Positions 26,900 to 37,197 of a stretch of DNA of 64,000 nt are shown here, one piece after another. Both the position numbers and the translations under genes were made by a program. Each line of letters starts with the position of its first letter. The stretch's first letter is position 1. The stretch lies in contig OY760183.1 in assembly GCA_963663275.1 (NCBI GenBank), positions 1,184,001-1,248,000 on the forward strand, given 5' to 3'. This DNA is from Chloroflexota bacterium. Its GTDB lineage: Bacteria; Chloroflexota; UBA11872; VXOZ01. The notes under the pieces are model-generated. The model was not told the origin of the DNA and did not search any database. It saw only the letters and a list, made by a program, of their open reading frames with translations.

Positions 26900-27605
26900 A
26901 GGGTGAGAGCGGCGTCCGGTCCCCTCTCCCTCTGGGTTACGTTAGGGTAGCGATGTCTCGTTCCCTCTCCCGCTGGGAGAGGGTTAGGGTGAGGGCGAAT
27001 CCCCGTAGGTAGGGGCACGACATGTCGTGCCCCTACCTACGGAAAGAACCGACAGATTTCTAGCCGCGTGGATGCTCAACCCTTGCCAATAGGCCGTAGC
27101 GCGAGACGCGGAGAGCAGTTTTTTCTTCGGGCCGTAGCGCGGGGGCTTGTCCCCAATGCTGTCGCATTAAACACAATGAGAGTGAAAACAACGCTCGTTT
27201 CTCCGGTAGCGCAGGTTTGTAACCTGCGTCTTCCGTAGGGTCAATCCATTTCGTTCTCACTTTGCTTGCTCCGGCGGGGGACAAGCCCCCGCGCTACGTT
27301 TACGCGACAGCATTGGGGCTTGTCCCCCGCCGGAGCGTGAGGCGCAGAACGTCAGACGCAGGTTACAAACCTGCGCTACCGGAGGGTGGGACACGGAGGG
27401 TGGGACACGGAGGGTGGGACACGGAGGGTGGGACACGGAGGGTGGGACACGGAGGGTGGGACACGGAGGGCGAAACATCACTCCAGGCCGTAGCGCGGGG
27501 GCTTGTCCCCCGCCGGAGCGTGAGATGCAGAACGTCGGAGGCAGAACGTCAGACGCAGGTTACAAACCTGCGCTACCGGAGGGCGGGACACGGAGGGCGG
27601 GAAGC
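26900..27605. repeat. Mosaic intergenic repeat cluster (families A, B, C, D)
   Basis: A at about 26963-26995, D palindrome 27003-27042, B/C pairs 27206-27297 and 27490-27576. Confidence 0.9.
27381..27470 (+). repeat. 14-bp tandem repeat GGAGGGTGGGACAC x6 plus partial
   Basis: Counted directly. Confidence 0.95.
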
Positions 27606-27714
27606 GGAGAGCGATGCTTCCATTAGGCGGTTGCGTGGCGCGCAACGGCGGACTCTCGTCCGCACACACGATCCAGAGGCAAGGCGCTGAGCTACTTCAC
27701 GGAGGAACAAGAGC

Positions 27715-28302
27715 ATGGCGACCAAAGATGAGTTGCGGGAGAGCGTCCGCCGGAGCTTTCCCGAATTAGCCGAGATTGCGGACGATACGCTGCGGGAGCG
27801 GGTGGTAGAGGCGTGGGCGTTCGCGTTGTCAGAGACCGAGTTCACGTCCATCGAGCAGATTCGCGCCTCCGGCAATCCCACCACGCCCGCCATGAAGTGC
27901 GGCACCCAGGCCGACCACCTGCGCGGCGTGGCGCGCATCGCCCTGAACATGGCCGACGCCCTGGAGCAGGTGGTGGGGCCGTTGGGCATCGACCGTGACC
28001 TGTTGTGCGCCGCCGCGCTCTGCCACGACCTCGGCAAGCCGTTCGAGTTCAGCCCGGCCAACCAGGCGCGCTGGCGGGCCGACCCGCGCAAAGTCGGCTA
28101 CCCCTCGGTGCGCCATCCGGCCTATGGCGTCCACGTCGCGCTCACGGTCGGCCTGCCGGAAGCGATCGTACACACGGCCGGCGCGCACTCCGCCGAGGGC
28201 GAGAACGTGGAACGCAGCCTGGAGAACACCATCGTGAGCCTGGCGGACCACGCGTACTGGACCGTCCTCAGGCGGGCGGGCGCGCTGGATGAGGAAGCAT
28301 AG
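27715..28302 (+). CDS. HD-domain protein
   Basis: DHLRGV, ALCHDLGK, RHPAYG, HSAEGE, AD; GGAGG RBS. Confidence 0.88.
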   Translation: MATKDELRESVRRSFPELAEIADDTLRERVVEAWAFALSETEFTSIEQIRASGNPTTPAMKCGTQADHLRGVARIALNMADALEQVVGPLGIDRDLLCAAALCHDLGKPFEFSPANQARWRADPRKVGYPSVRHPAYGVHVALTVGLPEAIVHTAGAHSAEGENVERSLENTIVSLADHAYWTVLRRAGALDEEA

Positions 28303-28421
28303 ACCGGACACGCAAGCAGGCAGTGCGCCGCCGCAGCGCGCTCATAGAATACGCCGCAACGCTGCCGAAGATAGAGAAGCGCCGCGTAAGGACGCCATCA
28401 ACCAAGAGACGTGAGAAGCGA

Positions 28422-29240
28422 ATGAAGGAGACCGGCATGGGCACGTCCGCGATGCGACTCGCCGTGCGCCACATCGTTCACGAGCCGAACCCGCCGCACT
28501 TGCCGTACCGGGAAGAGCACTTTGGATACGTCCATCTTGACATAAGTATTCCGCCGGAGCGGGCGGCCCTGGTGCTGGTTGACTGCTGGGACCGGATCAT
28601 CGTGGAGAGCTTCCAGGAACGCGCCGAGCGCATCTGCGAACACACGATTCGTCCGGCACTGGCGGCCTCCCGCGCGGCCGGGATTACGGTGATTCACGCG
28701 CCTTCACCGCCGGTGGCGGAGAAGTTCCGGCAGTTCTGGCCGCCGGACGCCGCCAGTCAGGAAGCGCCGCCACCACTGGCGGCGCGGGACTGGCCGCCGC
28801 AAGACTTTGCGCACAGGCGCGGTAAGTGGGGGCGTTTGCAGGCCCGGCGCAGCGGCCTCCATCAGGAACAACTCGACCGCATCGACCGCCACCGCTCCAT
28901 CCATCCGGCGGTGCTGCCCGCTGCGGGCGACTACGTCATTGCCACCGGCGCTCAACTCCACGAACTCTGCCGCGAGCGCGGCATCCTCTACCTCTTCTAC
29001 GCTGGGTTTGCCACCAATATCTGCGTGCCGGACCGCGACTACGGCCTGCGCGCCATGCGCGAGCGCGGCTATGCGCTGGTCTTGCTGCGCGACGCCACCA
29101 CCGCCGTGGAGGCCAGGGATACACTGCCCCTGCTGGCCTGCACCAGCGTGATGATCCATCAATTCGAACTGCGCGACGTTGCGGGGACCGTTACGTCCGA
29201 CGAGTTCTTGACGGCCGTGAAAGGGCTGAAAACACCGTAG
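28422..29240 (+). CDS. Isochorismatase-family cysteine hydrolase-like protein
   Basis: AALVLVDCW, VIHAP, YAGFATNICV, LLRDAT; start uncertain (28422-28452). Confidence 0.75.
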   Translation: MKETGMGTSAMRLAVRHIVHEPNPPHLPYREEHFGYVHLDISIPPERAALVLVDCWDRIIVESFQERAERICEHTIRPALAASRAAGITVIHAPSPPVAEKFRQFWPPDAASQEAPPPLAARDWPPQDFAHRRGKWGRLQARRSGLHQEQLDRIDRHRSIHPAVLPAAGDYVIATGAQLHELCRERGILYLFYAGFATNICVPDRDYGLRAMRERGYALVLLRDATTAVEARDTLPLLACTSVMIHQFELRDVAGTVTSDEFLTAVKGLKTP

Positions 29241-29407
29241 CCGATCCGTGGGGCAGCCTAGCCCTGATTTGGAAGAGAAGGCCCGTGCAATTGTAAAGGT
29301 ACAGAGGACTACCAGGATAGAGAAGGGGTCCAAAGCAGCCTCAGGGACGTGCGGGCGCTTGTCGCTAAGTTGGAGAAACTCGTGTATCGCTCACAAGGAG
29401 GGGGAGC

Positions 29408-29665
29408 ATGAACCAGGAAGTCATACGCGATCTGAATCACATGGATGAGAACTGGACATCCGAGATCGAGGTGGTACAGGGAACGCACGAAGAGATTACC
29501 GCCATCAAGATGATTCTCAAAGTGAGCGGTCGCCGACGGACAGGCATAGCGCGCGTGCTGTACCAGCGTCCCGTCTTGGAGCACCCTCTTGCGGGAATCG
29601 ATCCCGTGGATGAAGCCACGAACAGAGCGTTCGTCCAGGCCGCAAGTCAATTCGGCATTACGTGA
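29408..29665 (+). CDS. Hypothetical protein
   Basis: Strong AAGGAGG RBS; 85-aa ORF with no recognised motif. Confidence 0.55.
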   Translation: MNQEVIRDLNHMDENWTSEIEVVQGTHEEITAIKMILKVSGRRRTGIARVLYQRPVLEHPLAGIDPVDEATNRAFVQAASQFGIT

Positions 29666-29794
29666 CGCGGCGAGACTGTCTTCATTTGCCTGCTTGCCGA
29701 AATTTCTCTCTCTGGGTAAATCGTGCACGTGCAGCAACAGAGCCTGTTCCGAACGTGACGCGGTGAAGAATGGGTACCCATTCCAGGACGCTCT

Positions 29795-30637
29795 CTACGA
29801 CTGCGCATACTCCAGCCAGCGCACAAATCCCGACGCGCACCAGTAGTTCGGGTCTCTTTCCGCCAGGGCGATCCACTCGTCCACCACCGGTTGAATGCGC
29901 ATGGAGCGCAGGCGCGCGGAGCCGATCTTCCCGTAAGCAAGCAAGCCCTTTTCGGCAAAGATGTCTTCCGCCACCAGGCGCTTATCCGTGCCGATGCTGG
30001 GCCAGATGCCGTTGCGGGTCCAGCCGCGCACCTGCGCCAGCAGCGCCGCGCGCCGGCCGGGGGCGGCGCGCGCCAGTGCCCGGTGGACCAGGTGCGTCTC
30101 GACGAAGTGCACCATGGTGAGGCGTTGGCAATTGACGCCGATGAGGCAGTAGAAGACGTTCCAATCGTAGAAGCGCTGCCAGGGGCTTGCCGCGGCGAAC
30201 GCGCCGGGGCCCCAGGGGCTTTCACGTTGGCCGGAAGCGCCGTGGTTTGCCGTGAGCGTCGCGGCCCGCGCGCCGATAGCGGCTACCGAGTGCGTGTAGT
30301 GGTTGCTGCGCAGCGCCGCCGGCCGCCGCCGGAAGGTCTCCGGAATCAGCCCGCAGTAGGTGGGCGTTTCCGTGATGCTCCAGAGGTCCCACACGCGGCG
30401 TCTGTCTTTCAGTTCCTGCCAGGAACTCAGCGTCGGCGCGGCAACCGTGCCGGTAGGCCCCACCGCGTCCAGGAAGCCGTCGATGACGGCGTCCGCGCCG
30501 CCGGCCACCGTGCCCATGCTGCTCAGGGAGCTATGGAACAGCGCCGTATCGCCCGCGCCCAGGCCCGCCGCGCGCAGGGCGTCCGCAATGTCCGCCCGCG
30601 TAACGCGCAAAGACGGATCGCCCGGCTCGTGGTCCAT
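29795..30637 (-). CDS. AAC(3)-family N-acetyltransferase
   Basis: GL.AGD..LFHSSLS, G.IPETFR, RS.H.THSVAAIG, T.VHFVE. Confidence 0.88.
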   Translation of the reverse strand: MDHEPGDPSLRVTRADIADALRAAGLGAGDTALFHSSLSSMGTVAGGADAVIDGFLDAVGPTGTVAAPTLSSWQELKDRRRVWDLWSITETPTYCGLIPETFRRRPAALRSNHYTHSVAAIGARAATLTANHGASGQRESPWGPGAFAAASPWQRFYDWNVFYCLIGVNCQRLTMVHFVETHLVHRALARAAPGRRAALLAQVRGWTRNGIWPSIGTDKRLVAEDIFAEKGLLAYGKIGSARLRSMRIQPVVDEWIALAERDPNYWCASGFVRWLEYAQS

Positions 30638-30720
30638 GTAGCCCCCGGCGGCGGCCTGCGGCTCCACCCTGGCTTTCACGCGCCGGGCGGATTGCTCCGG
30701 GTTGTCCCTCGATACTACCG

Positions 30721-31683
30721 TCACGTCGGGAGCGTGGCGGCCGGCGGCACGACGTCGTCGATCGCGCCGCATTCAGAGGCGGACAGCTTCACCTCGAGCG
30801 CGCCCAGGTTATCCTGGAGTTGCTCCGGCGTGCGCGGGCCGATGATTGGCGCGGTGATGCCGGGTTGCGCCAGCAGCCAGGCGAGAGCCAACTGGCTCAG
30901 TTTGATGCCTTTCGACTTGGCAATTTCCTCCAGGGTTTCCAGCGCGTCGAACGTCGGCGCGTACGCCTCAGAACTAAAGTCCATGCCCCGGTCGGCGAAG
31001 CGCGAGTCGGTGGGGGCGCGCTGGTCCCGCCGGTACTTGCCGGTGAGCCAGCCGCCGGCCAGGGGGCTGAACGGCACAACGCCCAGACCGTACTTGCGCG
31101 TCAGCGGCAGCACCTCGGCCTCAATCGAGCGGTCAAGCACGTTATACAGCGGCTGTTCCGAGACGATCGGCTCGAAACCGTGGCGGTCGCTGGTCCACAG
31201 CGCCTCGCAGAGTTGCCAGCCGGCGAACTTCGACGTGCCAAAATAGAGGATCTTACCCTGGCGCCGCAGGTCTTCCAGCGTGCGCAGGGTTTCCTCGATT
31301 GGCACGGTGGGATCCGGCCGGTGGAGTTGGTAGAGGTCGATGCGGTCGGTGTTGAGCCGCCGCAGGCTGGCGTGCACCTGCTCCATGATGTGGTAGCGGC
31401 TGCTGCCCCGCTCGTTCGGGCCGTCGCCCATGGGGTGGAAGACCTTGGTAGCCAGCACCACTTGGTCGCGGCGGTCGTGAATGGCGCGGCCCACAATCTC
31501 CTCGGCGTAGCCCCTGGGTTCCGAGTAGACGTTCGCCGTGTCCACCACGTTGATGCCGGCGTCCAGCGCGGCGTGTATGAGCGCGATGCCGGTCTCTTCG
31601 GGAATGCGCACGCCGAAATAGGCGGTGCCCAGCCACAACGGCGAGACCTTGACGCCGGCGCTCCCCAGATTGCGGTACTCCAT
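30721..31683 (-). CDS. Aldo/keto reductase
   Basis: DTANVY, LATK, SLRRL.TDRIDLYQLH, FSPLAGG.LTGKY, PIIGPR. Confidence 0.95.
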   Translation of the reverse strand: MEYRNLGSAGVKVSPLWLGTAYFGVRIPEETGIALIHAALDAGINVVDTANVYSEPRGYAEEIVGRAIHDRRDQVVLATKVFHPMGDGPNERGSSRYHIMEQVHASLRRLNTDRIDLYQLHRPDPTVPIEETLRTLEDLRRQGKILYFGTSKFAGWQLCEALWTSDRHGFEPIVSEQPLYNVLDRSIEAEVLPLTRKYGLGVVPFSPLAGGWLTGKYRRDQRAPTDSRFADRGMDFSSEAYAPTFDALETLEEIAKSKGIKLSQLALAWLLAQPGITAPIIGPRTPEQLQDNLGALEVKLSASECGAIDDVVPPAATLPT

Positions 31684-31935
31684 GTTCTACGCTCCTTGTG
31701 GTTCCGTGTTTCGCTGTCCCCTTAGCATACCGCCTTGCGCCGCTGCGCGTGAAGCGGCGGCTTTCATTTCTCCCGCCGTCCTGTCATACTGAGGCTATCC
31801 CCCCCTACTCTGCAATTGGTTCGTATTGTGCCTGAACCGGGCATGATTCGGCACGCGCATACTCCGGTTGGAATGGGTAGCACCACGCAGGAGCGCGCTT
31901 GAGGCTGCGCGCGGGCGTTACAGAAAGCACGGCAG

Positions 31936-34900
31936 ATGAATCTCGATGGCATTCGCGGGCTCGCCGCCGCCCTGCCGTGGGCGGAGGCGGCGCGGCGTTG
32001 GCCGGCGACACACGGCGCACAGCAGGCGGCGGTGCGCGCCGGCGCGCGGCCGGTGCTGGCCGCCGTTGCCCAGCAACACGCCACCCGGCCGCTGCTCGTC
32101 GTCTGCGCGGACCGGGACCGCGCCCACCGCTTCTACCAGGAACTCCGCTCGTGGTCGCCGCAACCGGCGAACGCGCTCTTCTACCCGGACCTCGACTATC
32201 TGCCGTATGAAAATCTGCCCCATTTCTCCAGCACGCTCAGCGCGCGCATCGCCGTGCTCGGCGCGTTGCTGGCCGGGCAGAACGCCAACCTGCCGGCCGG
32301 TGAATACCCGGTTGTGGTTACGTCGGTGCGGGCGTTGTGCGAGCGGCTGCCGTCGCCGGCGGAATTGGGCGAACACACGCTGGTGCTCGCGCCCGGGCAG
32401 CGCACCGAGCCGGCGGCGCTCAAGAACCGGCTGCTCCGCTTCGGCTACGAGCCGATGCCGCAGGTGGAAGAGCCGGGCACGTTTACCAGCCGCGGCGGCA
32501 TCGTGGACATCTTTCCGCCCTCGGAAGAGCAGCCAATCCGCATCGAGTTCTTTGGCGACGAGATCGATTCGGTGCGTCCCTTCAACGTTTCCACCCAACG
32601 CAGCACGGCGCAGCACACGTCGCTCTCCATCCTGCCCGCCAACGAAGTGCCCACCTGGCGCAGCGCCGACTTTAGCGCCGCCGTGGGCGCGCTGGACCGG
32701 AGCGGCCTGCGACCGGAAGTGCGCGAGCAATGGGAGCGGCACCTGCGCCTGCTGGAAGAGGGCGCGTACTTCGAGCACGCGTCGTTCTACACCATGCCGT
32801 TTCTCGAACACAACCTGCTCCACTACCTGCCGGACGGCCTGCTGCTGACGGAGGACACCGCCCACCTGCAAGACGTGGCGCGCGACCTGGAGACCCAGAC
32901 CGCCGAACGCAAGCGCCGCCTGATCGCGGGCGGCGAACTCTCCGCCGATTGGCCGGAGGCGTACCACACCGCCGCCAGCGTCCAAGAGCAGATGAGCGCC
33001 TACGCCCGGCTGGACGCGCGCGACCAGAGCGAGAAGGAAAACGATGGCCTGGACGTGCTGCCCGTCTACGCCGGCCGCCCGGGACGGCTGGCGAAAGGCG
33101 TGGGCAGTTTCAGCGCGCAGGGCATGCGCGTGGTGCTGGCAACCACCCAGGTGGAGCGCGTGACCGAGATTCTGCTGGAATACGACTTAGCGCCCACGGT
33201 TCTGGATTCGCTCGCAAGCCCCCCGCCGCCGGGCAGCGTCAGCGTCCTGCCGCTTTCATTGGCGGAAGGTCTCCGCTGCGAGCAAGCGGGACTGCTGCTG
33301 CTCTCGGACGCCGAAATCTTCGGCTGGAAGCGGCCGCCGGCGGCGGCGCGCCTGCGTCCCTCGGCGCGCGGCCAGCGGCTCCTGGACGAACTGCAAGTCG
33401 GCGATCACGTCGTCCACGTAGACCACGGCATCGGGCGCTTTGCCGGTATCCAACGTATGCCCGGCCCTTCCGGCGAGCGCGAGTACCTGGTGGTGGAGTT
33501 CGCCCGAGACGCGCGCATCTACGTGCCCACCGACCACATGGACCGGGTGGAGAAGTACGTCGGCATGGGCGAACGCGCGCCGAACCTTTCGCGCCTGGGC
33601 ACGCAGGAGTGGCAGCGGGCCAAGCAGCGCGCCCAGCAATCGGTGGTGGACATGGCGCAAGACCTGGTGGACGTGGCCGTTGCGCGGGAGTCCGAACCGG
33701 GCCACGCCTTCGCCAGCGACACCGATTGGCAGCGGCAACTCGAACAGGCTTTTCCTTACGCGGAGACGCCGGACCAGGAAAAGGCCATCACCGACGTCAA
33801 GGCCGACATGGAACAGCCCAAGCCGGCGGACCGCCTCATCTGCGGCGACGTGGGTTTTGGCAAGACCGAGGTGGCGATCCGCGCCGCGTTCAAGGCGGTG
33901 ATGGACGGCAAGCAGGTCGCCGTGCTGGTGCCCACCACCGTGCTCGCGTTGCAGCACTACGAGACGCTGAGCAGCCGCTTGCGCCCGTTTCCGGTGCGTG
34001 TGGGTCTGGTCAGCCGCTTTCGCACCCCGAAAGAGATACAGAAGTACCTGGCGGATCTCAGCGCCGGCACGCTGGACATCGTCGTCGGCACCCACCGCCT
34101 GCTCTCCAAGGACGTGCGCTTCAACGACCTGGGGCTGGTGATTGTGGACGAGGAGCAGCGGTTCGGCGTGGCGCAGAAAGAGCACTTCAAGCAACTGCGC
34201 AAGCAGGTGGACGTGCTGGCGCTCTCGGCCACGCCCATCCCGCGCACGCTGCATATGGCGCTGGCGGGCATCCGCGACCTGAGCGTGATCGAGACGCCGC
34301 CGCCCAACCGCCTGGCGGTGAAGACCTACGTCACCGCCTTTCACGACGACCTGGTCCGCGACGCTATCCAGCGGGAACTCAATCGCGGCGGCCAGGTCTT
34401 CATCGTGCACAACGACATCGAGACGATCTACTCGCTGGCGTACCACGTGCGCGAACTGGCGCCGGCGGCGCGGGTCACCGTGGGCCACGGTCAGATGGAA
34501 TCGGACCGGCTGGAGAAGGTGATGCACGCCTTCGTGCAAGGCGAGTACGACATCCTGGTGAGCACCACCATCATCGAGAACGGCCTCGATATTCCGCGCG
34601 TGAACACGCTCATCGTCAACGACGCCTGGCGCTTTGGGCTGGCGCAACTCTACCAACTGCGCGGCCGCGTGGGCCGCGCCGACGTGCAGGCCTACTCATA
34701 CTTTCTCTACAACCCGGTAAAGCAGCTTACGGAAGAGGCGGAGAAGCGATTGGACGCCATCATGGAGGCGACGGAGTTGGGCGCGGGCTTCAAGATCGCG
34801 TTGCGGGACCTGGAAATTCGCGGCGCGGGCAACCTGCTGGGCGCGGAGCAGCACGGCTTCGTGAACGCCGTGGGCTTGAACCTCTATACCAAGATGCTCA

Positions 34901-35412
34901 AGCAGACGGTAGCGGCCATGCTCGGCCAACAATCCAAAGAGGATTTGCCGCCGGAGCAGGCGCTGGAAACTGTGGTGGACCTGCCGCTGGCCGCCTATAT
35001 ACCGGACGAGTACGTGGGCGGTGTGGGCACCAAGATGAAGCTCTACCAACGAGCGGCCGCCCTGAAAGCGCGGGCAGAGACCGAATCGTTCGCCGAGGAA
35101 CTCCGCGATCGGTTCGGCCCGCCGCCGCCGGCGGTGAAGAACCTGCTCTTCCTCCTGCGGCTGCGGGCGCGGGCGGCCGACAACGGCATTCTCTCGCTGG
35201 CGTTCGAGGACGACGCGCTCGTCATCCGCTTCCGCGAGGAGCGCGTCTTCGACCGCATGGGAATCTTCAAGGAGTATGGCACCGACGTGCGCATGACCCG
35301 CACCGTCGTGCGCTGGCGAGTGGGCCGCGACGAAGAGAAATGGCGCGACGGCCTGGAAACGCTGCTGGAGATGCTGCTGGAAGCGAAGACACTGGTAGGG
35401 TCTCAAAGGTAG
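31936..35412 (+). CDS. mfd: Transcription-repair coupling factor
   Basis: RGGIVDIF, VHVDHGIG, GDVGFGKTEVA, DEEQRFG, SATPIPRT, LYQLRGRVGR, DLEIRGAGNLLG. Confidence 0.98.
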   Translation: MNLDGIRGLAAALPWAEAARRWPATHGAQQAAVRAGARPVLAAVAQQHATRPLLVVCADRDRAHRFYQELRSWSPQPANALFYPDLDYLPYENLPHFSSTLSARIAVLGALLAGQNANLPAGEYPVVVTSVRALCERLPSPAELGEHTLVLAPGQRTEPAALKNRLLRFGYEPMPQVEEPGTFTSRGGIVDIFPPSEEQPIRIEFFGDEIDSVRPFNVSTQRSTAQHTSLSILPANEVPTWRSADFSAAVGALDRSGLRPEVREQWERHLRLLEEGAYFEHASFYTMPFLEHNLLHYLPDGLLLTEDTAHLQDVARDLETQTAERKRRLIAGGELSADWPEAYHTAASVQEQMSAYARLDARDQSEKENDGLDVLPVYAGRPGRLAKGVGSFSAQGMRVVLATTQVERVTEILLEYDLAPTVLDSLASPPPPGSVSVLPLSLAEGLRCEQAGLLLLSDAEIFGWKRPPAAARLRPSARGQRLLDELQVGDHVVHVDHGIGRFAGIQRMPGPSGEREYLVVEFARDARIYVPTDHMDRVEKYVGMGERAPNLSRLGTQEWQRAKQRAQQSVVDMAQDLVDVAVARESEPGHAFASDTDWQRQLEQAFPYAETPDQEKAITDVKADMEQPKPADRLICGDVGFGKTEVAIRAAFKAVMDGKQVAVLVPTTVLALQHYETLSSRLRPFPVRVGLVSRFRTPKEIQKYLADLSAGTLDIVVGTHRLLSKDVRFNDLGLVIVDEEQRFGVAQKEHFKQLRKQVDVLALSATPIPRTLHMALAGIRDLSVIETPPPNRLAVKTYVTAFHDDLVRDAIQRELNRGGQVFIVHNDIETIYSLAYHVRELAPAARVTVGHGQMESDRLEKVMHAFVQGEYDILVSTTIIENGLDIPRVNTLIVNDAWRFGLAQLYQLRGRVGRADVQAYSYFLYNPVKQLTEEAEKRLDAIMEATELGAGFKIALRDLEIRGAGNLLGAEQHGFVNAVGLNLYTKMLKQTVAAMLGQQSKEDLPPEQALETVVDLPLAAYIPDEYVGGVGTKMKLYQRAAALKARAETESFAEELRDRFGPPPPAVKNLLFLLRLRARAADNGILSLAFEDDALVIRFREERVFDRMGIFKEYGTDVRMTRTVVRWRVGRDEEKWRDGLETLLEMLLEAKTLVGSQR

Positions 35413-35418
35413 CCCGCC

Positions 35419-35763
35419 ATGTCGAAGCAGGAAACTATCTATCTTGAAGATATCCAAAGAGAGTCAGAGCAGATCCAAGAATTCGTAAAGAGTATGACCC
35501 TTGCAGAGTTTACCCGTGATGTGAAGACCCAGTATGCTGTTCGACTGGCACTCGCCCACATTGGTGAAGCAGTAAAACGGCTGCCAGTGTCACTCACCAC
35601 ACAACACCCACAGATACCCTGGAGGCAGATTGCCGGAATGCGTGACCGCTTGGTGCATGAGTATGCTACCGTGGAGGTGACCATCGTTTGGCGAACGGCT
35701 ACGACAAATGTACCGGAGCTAGCGAAAGCGGTTTCCACAATTCTGCATGAGAAGCTGCAATGA
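35419..35763 (+). CDS. HEPN/DUF86 (HepT-like) ribonuclease toxin
   Basis: IGEAVKRL, PQIPWRQIAGMRDRLVHEY (Rx4H). Confidence 0.92.
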   Translation: MSKQETIYLEDIQRESEQIQEFVKSMTLAEFTRDVKTQYAVRLALAHIGEAVKRLPVSLTTQHPQIPWRQIAGMRDRLVHEYATVEVTIVWRTATTNVPELAKAVSTILHEKLQ

Positions 35764-36110
35764 CTGCTATCAAGAGACTGAGTCGAGATGCCGCCTTGCG
35801 CTTGATCGAGGCAAATCGAGAGCAACTCAAGCGCCTTGGCGTCGAGCGAATCGCCCTGTATGGATCGGTGGCGCGGAACGAGGCCACGGCTGAGAGTGAC
35901 GTGGACGTGCTGGTCGAATTGGCCGACGCGTTCCTGACGCTGGAAGGCTATATGAACGTCTGCTTCTTTTTGGAGGAGCTATTCGGGCGGCGTGTAGACG
36001 TGACAACCCTCGGTAGCCTGGAGCCGCGCCTGAAGTCCGGCGTGTTGGCCGATGCGGTGTATGCCAATCTGGCGGGCAAGACCCCGGCCGCCGTTAACGC
36101 GGACTCCTAA
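35760..36110 (+). CDS. Minimal nucleotidyltransferase (MntA-like) antitoxin
   Basis: YGSVARNEA..ESDVDVLVE; LEELFGRRVD; ATGA overlap with the HEPN gene. Confidence 0.92.
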   Translation: MTAIKRLSRDAALRLIEANREQLKRLGVERIALYGSVARNEATAESDVDVLVELADAFLTLEGYMNVCFFLEELFGRRVDVTTLGSLEPRLKSGVLADAVYANLAGKTPAAVNADS

Positions 36111-36280
36111 GGCAGCGGCGGAAGTCTCCGGCGCAGTACGATTGGGTTTGGGCGCCGCAGCGATAAGCGACGGCCACGCGCACACCGGCCTGAAAAGTGT
36201 GCGCCCTCGTGTGCGTGCGCTCCTACTGTCCAGCGCTTATGCCAGGTTGCGCGGTCCACTCCGATTGGTCTTTGAACTTC

Positions 36281-36991
36281 ATGAGCGCCACACTTTCACC
36301 GGCTATCGGCACGTATCAAGAGAAGTCGCTCCACGCGGCGCTCAAGGCCTGGTACGCCGCGCCGGGCGATCGCGCCGAGCAGCCTGTGGACGGCTTCGTG
36401 ATCGACCTGGCGCGGGGCGATGAGCTTATCGAGATCCAGACGCGCAACTTTGGCGCGCTCAAGCGCAAGCTCACCGCGCTCCTGAGAAATCACACGGTGC
36501 GTCTCGTGCATCCGATTGCCGCGCGGAAGTGGATCGTGCGGCTGGGCGGAGACGGGACAACCGCGCTTAGCCGCCGTCGCTCGCCCAAGCGCGGCACGCT
36601 GCTGGACGTGTTCGACGAACTCGTCAGCATCCCGCATCTGGTCGGCCACCCGCGCTTCTCGCTGGACGTGCTGCTGGTCGAGGTGGAGGAGACGCGCCGC
36701 CAGGACGGCCGCGGCAGTTGGCGGCGGCGCGGCTGGAGCATCGAGGACCAGGCGCTCGTCGGCGTGCGGTCGCAACACCGCTTTCACGGCCCGGCGGACT
36801 TTGCCGCCCTCCTGCCCGCCGCGCTGCCGGAACCGTTCACCAGCGGCAAAATTGCCAACGCGCTCGGCGCGCGCCCCAGCCAAGGCCAAAAGATCGCCTA
36901 CTGCCTGCGCCACATGGGGGCAATTGAACTGGTCGGTAAGCAGGGGAACGCTTACCAATACCGGCGGTCAGCGTTGCCCGCTGCTCCTTAG
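36281..36991 (+). CDS. Conserved hypothetical protein, PD-(D/E)xK-like nuclease fold with C-terminal HTH
   Basis: EKSLH.ALK..Y; V.GFVID....LIEIQT; C-terminal wHTH-like segment. Confidence 0.65.
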   Translation: MSATLSPAIGTYQEKSLHAALKAWYAAPGDRAEQPVDGFVIDLARGDELIEIQTRNFGALKRKLTALLRNHTVRLVHPIAARKWIVRLGGDGTTALSRRRSPKRGTLLDVFDELVSIPHLVGHPRFSLDVLLVEVEETRRQDGRGSWRRRGWSIEDQALVGVRSQHRFHGPADFAALLPAALPEPFTSGKIANALGARPSQGQKIAYCLRHMGAIELVGKQGNAYQYRRSALPAAP

Positions 36992-37112
36992 GGCAAATAA
37001 CTACCTTCCCGGCAATGAAGAGAGCACCCGGCAGTGTTGACATCTCAGGTCACCGCTACGAGAAGACACTCCCGACTTTCCACAACACCATGGCAGGGAA
37101 GAACTGCCCTCC

Positions 37113-37182
37113 GTCATTCCGGCGCAAGCCGGAATCCAGAACGCGCCCGGCAAAGATGGATTCCGGCTTGCGCCGGAATGAC
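37113..37182. repeat. Inverted pair of family G repeats between convergent genes (possible bidirectional terminator)
   Basis: gtcattccggcgcaagccggaatcca...tggattccggcttgcgccggaatgac. Confidence 0.85.
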
Positions 37183-37197
37183 GAGAAGGGTTCCGGC

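Noticed and set aside
27060-27690. Short ORFs in repeat clusters (also 21745-22278, 59675-60224)
   Set aside because: Translations of intergenic repeats with no RBS or domain support.
29795-30637. Aminoglycoside resistance gene
   Set aside because: Family-level similarity only, with no mobile context; substrate unknown.
32730-35447. 905-aa ORF overlapping mfd in another frame
   Set aside because: Arg/Gly/Ala/Pro-rich shadow ORF expected from GC3 bias; no motifs.
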